The notes under the pieces were generated by a model. It searched no databases, was not told the origin of the DNA, and was given only the letters and a program-made list of their open reading frames with translations. This document shows positions 44,367 through 51,106 of a DNA stretch of 51,106 bases, one piece after another. Position 1 is the stretch's first letter; every line of letters begins with the position of its first letter. The stretch spans positions 1 through 51,106 of the IMG/VR virus record IMGVR_UViG_3300048599_000152; one strand, 5' to 3'. This DNA comes from a virus (taxonomy: Duplodnaviria > Caudoviricetes). Both the position numbers and the translations under genes were made by a program.

Positions 44367-45118
44367 GGGATCTCCCATTCCTCGCAGCTTGTGGAGTAGC
44401 AGGCTTCGATCTCGGCAGAGTTGAAGGCCGCGGCTTGGGCATCGCCGAACTCGGTTTCGTACTCCTGCCGGTAGAACCACTCGCCGAGCGCGGCCCTCTC
44501 TTCGGCGAGGAACGCCGGCGAGATGCGCGGGCACTTCGTAGCGGGGACGCGGTATCGCTGCCAGGACGGCCCGCCGTGCTCCCACGCTTCGAACCACCAG
44601 CCGCGGCGACCGAAGGGAGTCGAGAGGGCGATGAGCTGCCCGCCGGAGACGGCCAGCATTGGACGCACAGCGGCGATCACGTCGTCAGCGACTCTCGCGG
44701 CTTCGTCTACCAGCAGGAGGCGCACGGCACTGTAGGAGCGCACGGTGCCCTCAGTGCCCGGCAGGCTCACGATGCGGCTGCCAGACTCGAGGGAGAGCGT
44801 GGTGGCCGACTCGGCATCACTCGGGACCGGCCGGCCCAGGGACTTGTACACGGCCAGCACCTTGCGGAACAGCTCGCCGCTCTGCCGCTGAGAGGGCGAC
44901 AGGAGCAGGATGAGGCTGCCCGGCTCGTACACGGCCACGTGCACGGCCTTGGTGGCAACGGTGACGCTCTTGCCGCCTTGGCGGTGAACGTTGAGGAGCA
45001 CGCGGGGATGGTCGGTGCGCAGTACGTCCCGCTGCCAGGGGTCCGGGTCCATGCCGACGCCGCGGGCGAGCGTCACCGGGTCGAGAGCACGTGCCAGGTC
45101 GACAGCAAGCCGGCTCAC
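44363..45118 (-). CDS. Terminase large subunit, stand-alone ATPase domain
   Basis: PDPWQ, RQGGKS, LLLVDEAA, LSTP.G..GW, QEY..EF. Confidence 0.9.
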   Translation of the reverse strand: MSRLAVDLARALDPVTLARGVGMDPDPWQRDVLRTDHPRVLLNVHRQGGKSVTVATKAVHVAVYEPGSLILLLSPSQRQSGELFRKVLAVYKSLGRPVPSDAESATTLSLESGSRIVSLPGTEGTVRSYSAVRLLLVDEAARVADDVIAAVRPMLAVSGGQLIALSTPFGRRGWWFEAWEHGGPSWQRYRVPATKCPRISPAFLAEERAALGEWFYRQEYETEFGDAQAAAFNSAEIEACYSTSCEEWEIP

Positions 45119-45606
45119 TCCCCGGCCTCCAGCTCCAAGAGACGGCCCGAGACGGCGGCGCGAGCTTCGGGGTAGGACATGAGGGCGGAGAGGATCACAG
45201 CACGCATGGCGAGCCACTCAGGCGCCGTCTGCAGGTTGACCACGGTCACGGGCCGGGTGTCCAGCTCGCCCGTCGCCTTGCCGCTCAGCTCGAGGCAGGC
45301 GCGCAGTTCCTTGACGACGGCCAGGGCTTGCGACGTGCGGCCCTCGCCGGCGGCGGCCGCGAACATCGTCTCGCAGCGCTCAATCAGGGTCTCAATGCGA
45401 TCCGGCAGTGGTGCCCGGCCGTTCGTCTGCGCCGGTGCATCCACTGCGGCCAGGGCAGCGGACAGGTGGCGCCGGGCGTGCCGCTGTACGGCGGAGGGAC
45501 TCAGACCGAAGCGCTCGGCGATCACGTAGGAGGATTCGCCGCGCGTCACTGCCGCGTCGATTTCGGCGCGGTGTTCGTGCTCGCAGACTGTACAGATGCG
45601 GGCCAT
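45115..45606 (-). CDS. Putative terminase small subunit (HTH)
   Basis: CTVCEH, IAERFGLSPSAVQRH, GEL; coupled to the terminase ATPase. Confidence 0.65.
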   Translation of the reverse strand: MARICTVCEHEHRAEIDAAVTRGESSYVIAERFGLSPSAVQRHARRHLSAALAAVDAPAQTNGRAPLPDRIETLIERCETMFAAAAGEGRTSQALAVVKELRACLELSGKATGELDTRPVTVVNLQTAPEWLAMRAVILSALMSYPEARAAVSGRLLELEAGE

Positions 45607-45683
45607 GCTCAGACCCCGCGCAGCGGACTAGGAGTCCGCGTGTCGGCATGAAACAGGGCGGTATGCAGGGACTTCGGGAGGCG

Positions 45684-45703
45684 TGCTAGGCGTTTGCTAG
45701 GCA
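45684..45703 (-). repeat. Internal inverted copy of the satellite arm repeat
   Basis: 20/20 reverse complement of 41297-41316. Confidence 0.8.
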
Positions 45704-45888
45704 TCTGATACTGCCAGCCGCGGGGCGCTTCGCTTGCCAGGACTGCGCTACGCTTCACGGGGTCAGCGGTTCGCGCTCGACTCACAGCTCGCTTCCCTCT
45801 GTTCAAGTACTCCCCAAGTGCTCCCCGCTCTTTCGGGACGGGTTGGTCCTCAGGATGGTCCGTGGTCGAACAGGTGGGGCTGGTCCCC

Positions 45889-46053
45889 GGTTCCCGTCTA
45901 TAGACGGGGGAAACGGGAACCACTTGCCCGTGGTACTGGTTCCCGGTGGTTCCCAAGGTGGTTCCGGCCTCAAGAGCGGAGGTGGTTCCCGCTGGTTCCC
46001 GGGCTGGTTCCGAGGTCTGGGTGCTCGAGCTGGTTCCCGAGCTGGCGGGAACC
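45889..46053. repeat. Iteron-containing replication origin candidate
   Basis: Ten GGTTCC(C) copies (8 direct, 2 inverted) right after the helicase gene. Confidence 0.75.
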
Positions 46054-46066
46054 ACTTTGGCGATGC

Positions 46067-47038
46067 TCATGGGCGTCCTTCCCGGTGCTCGCGACGCCAG
46101 CGGAGGGCGGCTACCACGACCTGCCGGCGACGTCCTTCGTTCACGCTCTTGAGGGCCGCGCTGGCGGTCCTGCTGGAGGCGTCAAGGGGCACGCTCAGGC
46201 GGTCCAGGAGGTTGGCCGTCTCGCCGGTACCCGCCGGCCAGTCGTCAGTGATGGGGGCGTACCTGAGCGGATCTTCGAAGAGGCCGAGGTTGACCCGTTG
46301 GGGCACCCACGGCATCCGGGCCAGCTCGCGGTGCAGAGAGACGCCGCCCTGCGTCTGTACGAGCTTCCACGCGAGGTCCACATCGTCGCCCTTGGCGGAG
46401 CTCCCGCGCTGCCCCGCGCTGATGTCCTTGCCGCCGTGGTCGAGTCGCGCCCAGGTCACGCCGCGCCGCTTGAGGCGGATGCCGGTGTGTGAGTAGAAGT
46501 CTCGGAACGTGTCGGCGCTGTTCTCTTCGCCGCAGACGGCGCGGCTGATGGTGTCGATGATGACCACGAGGTGATGGTCCGGGAAGTCCCCCTGTACGCC
46601 GTCCACGAGCACCATGAGCGCATCGGCGCCGGTCACGGTGTCGAGGGGCGGCAGCGTCGGCAGGAGGGCGTAGCGGAGTCGCGAGAGGTCGCTGCCGGGG
46701 CCGTGGCCCATGTCCTCGAGGCGGTCGAAGATGTCGGCCTCGGTCATCTCGTAGTCGAGATAGAGCACGGCGTTCCGATCCTTGCCGGTGGCGAGCTGGA
46801 CGGCCAGGAACAGCATGAGGAGGGACTTGCCGGCCTTGTGGGCGGCATAGAGAGCATGGCCGCGCCCGCGTGCGAGCACGTCCGGGTACACCCACTCGGC
46901 CTCTTCATGGTCGCGAGCCCAGAACGTCGGCCAGTCGATGAAGACGCCGGCCGGCGTTCCTGCGTCCTGGCCGTCTCCCGGCTCGGGGTACTGTTCGGAG
47001 AAGCCGCGGATCTCGGCCGTGAAGTCGACGGCGGTCAC
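46067..47038 (-). CDS. RecA-family (RepA / AAA_25-like) helicase
   Basis: Walker A AAHKAGKS, VLYLDYE, Walker B VVIIDT, RGSSA. Confidence 0.85.
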   Translation of the reverse strand: MTAVDFTAEIRGFSEQYPEPGDGQDAGTPAGVFIDWPTFWARDHEEAEWVYPDVLARGRGHALYAAHKAGKSLLMLFLAVQLATGKDRNAVLYLDYEMTEADIFDRLEDMGHGPGSDLSRLRYALLPTLPPLDTVTGADALMVLVDGVQGDFPDHHLVVIIDTISRAVCGEENSADTFRDFYSHTGIRLKRRGVTWARLDHGGKDISAGQRGSSAKGDDVDLAWKLVQTQGGVSLHRELARMPWVPQRVNLGLFEDPLRYAPITDDWPAGTGETANLLDRLSVPLDASSRTASAALKSVNEGRRRQVVVAALRWRREHREGRP

Positions 47039-47322
47039 GCCCGCCCGTCCTTGCTCCGCTGAACTCTCTCCTGCAGCCACCACGACGCGCTCAGAGCCCA
47101 GCCGTTGCCGTGGACGATCACCGGGTCGACCCCGCTGCGCACGACGGCCGCGAGGGCGGTACTGGCCTCATGGTGCTCGGCCCAAAGCTCCAGCGGCGTC
47201 ATCTCGGCCAGGTCGAGGTGGTGGAAACGTCGATACGCGTCCTCGCTCTCGGCTGGCCGGGGCAGGACGTAGGGGCGACTGCGTACGATGCTGTCGCGTC
47301 CGCTCACGGCGTCTCGGTCCAA
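47035..47322 (-). CDS. Hypothetical protein
   Basis: Coupled to the helicase gene. Confidence 0.55.
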   Translation of the reverse strand: MDRDAVSGRDSIVRSRPYVLPRPAESEDAYRRFHHLDLAEMTPLELWAEHHEASTALAAVVRSGVDPVIVHGNGWALSASWWLQERVQRSKDGRA

Positions 47323-47528
47323 CGGGCGGCGAGCTCACTCACGGATGCCAGGAGCCGGGCGCGAAGCAGGGCAACCGTGCCGGCCGAGATCCCCTCGCTT
47401 CCCATTGACAGGATGCAGACCGCGTCAGAGACGTCGTGCAGGAGGACGTGCTCGGAGGCTTCCCGACGTGCGGTAGGGGCGGTCTCAAACGGCAGCTGGT
47501 CGCCCGTGCTGTTCATCTTCCGGGCCAT
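47304..47528 (-). CDS. Hypothetical protein
   Basis: MARKMNST... coupled ORF. Confidence 0.45.
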   Translation of the reverse strand: MARKMNSTGDQLPFETAPTARREASEHVLLHDVSDAVCILSMGSEGISAGTVALLRARLLASVSELAARWTETP

Positions 47529-47779
47529 CACTTGTTCTCGGCCCTCGCGCAAGCGCACTCGTGGGCGTACTCTTCCCCGTACCCCAAGACGGCCAAGAGC
47601 GGCCGGGTCGGCACCTTCAGCATCCGGCCGACGCGAATCACGCGGACGCCTTCGGCCAGCTCGCCGCGCTCCCGTGCGAGCTGATAGCCGAGCGTCCTGC
47701 CGATGCCGAGAGCCTCGCAGGCGGTCTCGACCGTGGTCACGGTGGCGCGCTGCAGCTCTTGGAGTGCCTGCGGCGTCAT
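47528..47779 (-). CDS. Excisionase-like HTH protein
   Basis: TVETACEALGIGRTLGYQLARE...IRVGRMLKVP. Confidence 0.8.
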   Translation of the reverse strand: MTPQALQELQRATVTTVETACEALGIGRTLGYQLARERGELAEGVRVIRVGRMLKVPTRPLLAVLGYGEEYAHECACARAENK

Positions 47780-48006
47780 CGCCGAGCCATGCTCTCAAGC
47801 TCAAGGATGAGCCTTGCGTACCGCACGGCGCCCTCGCCACGGGGGACGCTCCTGCCGGTCTCCCAGTAGAAGACGGTCGACGGATGTACGCCTACATCCT
47901 TGGCGATCTCAGCGAGAGTCAGGCCGGCACCGACGCGAATCTCTCGAACGAGGCCGCCGGCAACGAGTCCCCGCATGCGGCTCAGCTCCAAGGTCTCACG
48001 GCTCAT
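47776..48006 (-). CDS. XRE/Cro-like HTH regulator
   Basis: R..AGLTLAEIAKDVGVHPSTVFYWETG...P. Confidence 0.85.
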   Translation of the reverse strand: MSRETLELSRMRGLVAGGLVREIRVGAGLTLAEIAKDVGVHPSTVFYWETGRSVPRGEGAVRYARLILELESMARR

Positions 48007-48060
48007 CTCGTCACCTCCAAATCGTTCGTGAATCCCTAGTGACGAGCTGACGGTACGTCT

Positions 48061-48089
48061 TTGACTAGGACCCTACAAGGCCCTATACT
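48061..48089 (+). promoter_or_regulatory. Sigma70 promoter for a leaderless regulator-integrase transcript
   Basis: TTGACT-17-TATACT, ATG 7 nt downstream. Confidence 0.75.
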
Positions 48090-48096
48090 CCTGTGC

Positions 48097-48711
48097 ATGG
48101 ACTACACGACAGGAATCACGCACAGATGGCACCAAGTCAGCAGCTACAACTGGCCAGATGAGGTCAAAGGACCGTGGACCATATCGCTCGGATGGAGAGA
48201 GGTGAGGGGCCGAATGGAGTGCGTCGGCGTGGCGATCACGGAGAAAGAGCCGGCCTACGGCGCTCCCTATCCGCCGGCGGAGGTCATCACCAGACAGATG
48301 GTCAGGAAGATCCCGGTTGGTGACTACATCAAGCGGACCCGGCCGATACAGGAGGGCGTTGCAGAGACGGTGGCACGCCTGTACGAGGCAGAGGGGAATC
48401 CCGAAGACGCGGCGCGAGTGCGGGATTACGGCCGTCGATTCAGCGAGGGAGCGCCGGCCCCAGGCCGGCCGCACAAGTGGGGCGACGACCACTATCGCGA
48501 GGTCGCAAGGGCCTACACCGTGGGCTACGGCAAGGGCTATCCCACCAAGTACGTGGCGCGGCACTTCTCCACGCCCGGCGGTCACCAGGTGTCGCACTCC
48601 ACGGCGGCCCGTTGGGTCCGTGAGTGTCGAAAGCGCGGGTATCTGGGCGATGCTCCCGAGAAGGGCGTGGCCGGCGGCGTCCTGCCGCCCGAACAGAAGG
48701 AGGGCAAGTGA
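48097..48711 (+). CDS. Putative repressor with C-terminal HTH
   Basis: PTKYVARHF...VSHSTAARWVRECRKRGYL; divergent from the Cro-like gene and coupled to int. Confidence 0.65.
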   Translation: MDYTTGITHRWHQVSSYNWPDEVKGPWTISLGWREVRGRMECVGVAITEKEPAYGAPYPPAEVITRQMVRKIPVGDYIKRTRPIQEGVAETVARLYEAEGNPEDAARVRDYGRRFSEGAPAPGRPHKWGDDHYREVARAYTVGYGKGYPTKYVARHFSTPGGHQVSHSTAARWVRECRKRGYLGDAPEKGVAGGVLPPEQKEGK

Positions 48712-49952
48712 CAAAGCAGACCGTCAAAGACGGGCTCGTGAAGCGGGGTTCGACGTGGAGCTACCTAGTCCGCGTCCGCGACCCGAACACGGGCAAGATG
48801 AAGGACCAGTGGAAGGGCGGCTTCAAGACGCAGACAGAGGCCAGGACGGCCCGCAACGATGCCCGCTCGGCATCGGACAAGGGCACGGCTGTGGCGGCCT
48901 CGCGCATCACGGTGAAGGAGTATCTGCAGGAGTGGCTCGAGGCCAGCGAGACACGCGTGCGGCCGACGACGCTTGCGAGCTACAGGCAGCACGTGGACGG
49001 CCTCATTGTGCCGCGGATCGGCGGCGAGCGTCTGCAGCAGCTCACGCCGACGATGGTGGACCGCCTGTACTCCAAGCTCCTCAAGGAGGGCCGCGAGTCC
49101 AAGGTGAAGCTCAAGGAGGGTGAGAAGAAGCCGAAGGGCACGCCTCTCTCCGCGAACACCGTGCGCCGCGTCGGCGCCACACTGCACAAGGCGCTGCAGG
49201 ACGCGGTGAAGAAGAAGCTGATTCCGTTCAACCCTGCCGACGCGGCCGAACTGCCAAACATACAGCGGGACGCGGACGGAGCCGGCGACGTGAAGACGTG
49301 GACCCGCGAAGAGCTGGACAAGTTCCTCAGGTCAGTGGCAGGAGACCGCCTCTTCCCTCTCTGGCGCCTGGCCGCGTGGACGGGCATGCGCCGCGGCGAG
49401 CTGGCCGGGCTCACGTGGCGAGACGTGGACCTCGAGGCCGGCACGATCACCGTGCGACGGGCGCGGGTCACTGTCTCGAGTACCGACGTGCGCGAGAGCA
49501 AGCCGAAGACGCACAAGGGGCGCCGGCAGGTGGAGCTGGACGAAGAGACGAAAGCAGCGCTCACGGCATGGCAGGAGCGGCAGCAGGCGGAGCGCAAAGA
49601 GTGGCCCGGCAAGTGGCCGGCGCATGGCCTCGTGTTCACCCTGCAGGACGGCTCGGCGCTGCATCCCGACTACCTGAGCCGCGCCTTCCGCTCGCACGTG
49701 AAGCGGGCCAAACTGCCGACGATCCGCCTGCACGACCTCCGGCACACGCACGCGACGCTCATGCTCGCGGCCGGCGTACCGGTCAAGGTGGTCTCGGAGC
49801 GGCTCGGGCACTCCACGGTCGCCTTCACCATGGAGGTCTACCAGCACGTCCTCCCCGGCATGCAGCGCGAGGCCGTACAGAACCTCGCGAACGCGAAGAC
49901 GAAGGCGGCCCGGCACCTCAGGGTCGTGGGCGGAACGCCTAGCAACGCCTAG
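48708..49952 (+). CDS. int: Satellite tyrosine integrase
   Basis: KRGSTW..., GFKT..EA arm-binding domain, GMRRGE, HDLRH, LGH, VYQH. Confidence 0.95.
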   Translation: MTKQTVKDGLVKRGSTWSYLVRVRDPNTGKMKDQWKGGFKTQTEARTARNDARSASDKGTAVAASRITVKEYLQEWLEASETRVRPTTLASYRQHVDGLIVPRIGGERLQQLTPTMVDRLYSKLLKEGRESKVKLKEGEKKPKGTPLSANTVRRVGATLHKALQDAVKKKLIPFNPADAAELPNIQRDADGAGDVKTWTREELDKFLRSVAGDRLFPLWRLAAWTGMRRGELAGLTWRDVDLEAGTITVRRARVTVSSTDVRESKPKTHKGRRQVELDEETKAALTAWQERQQAERKEWPGKWPAHGLVFTLQDGSALHPDYLSRAFRSHVKRAKLPTIRLHDLRHTHATLMLAAGVPVKVVSERLGHSTVAFTMEVYQHVLPGMQREAVQNLANAKTKAARHLRVVGGTPSNA

Positions 49953-49994
49953 CAGAATGGCCCGAATCGGCCGACGCCTAGCAAACGCCTAGCA
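49937..49994 (+). repeat. Satellite arm-type repeats GCCTAGCA x4
   Basis: Copies at 49937, 49947, 49976 and 49987. Confidence 0.8.
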
Positions 49995-50076
49995 AATGGC
50001 CCGAGATTGGCCCAGAAGGTGACAGGAGCGGAAGCCAAGTGACGAGGGAAAGCCCTGCAAAAGCGGCCAAAGAGGG

Positions 50077-50153
50077 TGGTAGCGGCGGTAGGACTCGAAC
50101 CTACGACACGCGGATTATGATTCCGCTGCTCTGACCAGCTGAGCTACGCCGCC
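50077..50153 (-). tRNA. tRNA-Met(CAT), elongator type; integration target
   Basis: GGCGGCGTAGCTCAG...GCGGA-ATCATAA-TCCGC...GGTTCGAGTCC...CGCCGCTACCA, 77 nt. Confidence 0.95.
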
Positions 50154-50429
50154 ACGGCGGATGCTTACGGTACCACAGGCCCAAGAGGCGCTCAATCCGC
50201 TCAAACGTGTGGTGGGACGGCCCTCCGGGAGCGACGAGGAGCCATCCAAGGCGGGGCTCCCAGCCCCGGCGGAGGGCGTTCCCGCGGCCCGATGAAGAGC
50301 TCCATGGCCGCCCGCATCGCGGGCACATCGACCACATCGTGGAATTCGCTGGACAAAGGGTACAAGCCGTCTGGACCGATTCGTCCGGACAGCTCGGTTG
50401 CCCCGGACGAAAAATCAGGTACAATGCGC

Positions 50430-50590
50430 TTGTCATCACAAGCGCCGTGGATTTTGGATCCCCCTCCTGCCACTGGTCGCCTGATGACAATGCGAGTCCC
50501 CTGTGCCGGCCCGCTTCCCCTGGCCGGGCGGCACAACCTTTCAAGCCGGGGCCGTCATCCCCTGACGGCCCCGGCTGCCTCCCTCTTCCG
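50430..50590 (+). ncRNA. Candidate sRNA with three stem-loops bearing C-rich loops (6C-like)
   Basis: TTGCCC-16-TACAAT upstream; hairpins at 50430-50490, 50502-50535 and 50544-50576 with TCCCC loops. Confidence 0.55.
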
Positions 50591-50725
50591 GCTCCGCTCA
50601 ACAGGCGTCTCACCAATCTCACCGACGCTCTGCTCCCGTCCACTCCGGCTCGGCCGGCCGCCGCCCAGCGAGCTCCCGTCGCGGTTGAAAGGTGTGTCGC
50701 TTTGGGCTACGATTCCACGGCTCCC

Positions 50726-50810
50726 GGGGGAGTGCCCGAGTGGTTAAAGGGGGCGGACTGTAAATCCGTTGGCGCAGCCTACCCAGGTTCAAATCCTGGC
50801 TCCCCCACCA
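50726..50810 (+). tRNA. tRNA-Tyr(GTA)
   Basis: GGGGGAG acceptor stem, CTGTAAA loop, long variable arm, CCA. Confidence 0.97.
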
Positions 50811-50811
50811 G

Positions 50812-50887
50812 GCCCGGTTAGCTCAGCAGGCAGAGCACCTCCATGGTAAGGAGGGGGTCCGCGGTTCGAATCCGCGACCGGGCTCCA
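50812..50887 (+). tRNA. tRNA-Thr(GGT)
   Basis: GCCCGGT/ACCGGGC stem, ATGGTAA loop, GGTTCGAATCC, CCA. Confidence 0.97.
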
Positions 50888-51106
50888 TCGATCTCATGTC
50901 GACGCTCCCCGCGTCCGCACCCCGGGCGACCTTCACCGCAGGATCCGCCGCTCACGCGTGGCGCCCTGATGAGCGCTTCCTCTCCACTGCCCTGAGCACG
51001 ATGCTGCGTGCCTGTGTGCGGCCGGCGCGCAAGCATGCACACACAGAAGCGGGCCCCCCCCGGGGGTACCCCAAGGGGGGACCCCGCCCGGGGCGCCCGG
51101 GGGTTT

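Larger units (their letters stand above)
41135..50122. mobile_element. Phage-satellite / PICI-like island (~8.9 kb)
   Basis: att cores, integrase, divergent regulators, xis-like gene, helicase plus iterons, terminase genes; no capsid, portal or tail genes. Confidence 0.85.

Noticed and set aside
45609-46070. 153-aa ORF after the satellite helicase
   Set aside because: Low-complexity translation of iteron and arm-site DNA; better explained as cis-acting sequence, although the ATGA overlap means translation cannot be excluded
51048-51106. G/C homopolymer-rich palindromic tail
   Set aside because: At the window edge and low complexity; may be a terminator or a low-quality contig end and cannot be interpreted

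Overview
High-GC DNA. The host is probably an Actinomycetota (inferred from GC content, leaderless genes and protein style; not proven). The window holds three mobile elements stacked in tandem at the 3' end of a tRNA-Met(CAT) gene (50077-50153, minus strand). The 46-47 bp tRNA 3' fragment recurs at 41135-41180 and 1287-1333, and a tyrosine integrase ends just before each copy. (1) The end of a third element (integrase <1-1180). (2) A ~39.8 kb apparently complete siphovirus-like prophage with recombination/replication, lysis, tail, head, terminase, ParB/methyltransferase, accessory and integrase regions. (3) A ~8.9 kb phage-satellite-like island with integrase, regulators, helicase, iteron origin, TerS, a split terminase large subunit, a scaffold-like mini-protein and an HsdR-N-type nuclease. 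The most striking observation is an integron-type gene-cassette array inside the prophage (33563-~36790): an attI-like first site, a candidate promoter, and four single-ORF cassettes each closed by an attC hairpin whose R'' box is complementary to that cassette's own start. There is no integron integrase in the window, and the attC sites decay with distance from the first site. Other notable items: twin 80-bp origin-like elements outside the initiator gene, twin early promoters with no CI-type repressor, an internal inverted integrase arm site in the satellite, and a candidate sRNA with C-rich loops between tRNA-Met and tRNA-Tyr/Thr. All family assignments come from motif recognition by eye; no searches were run.
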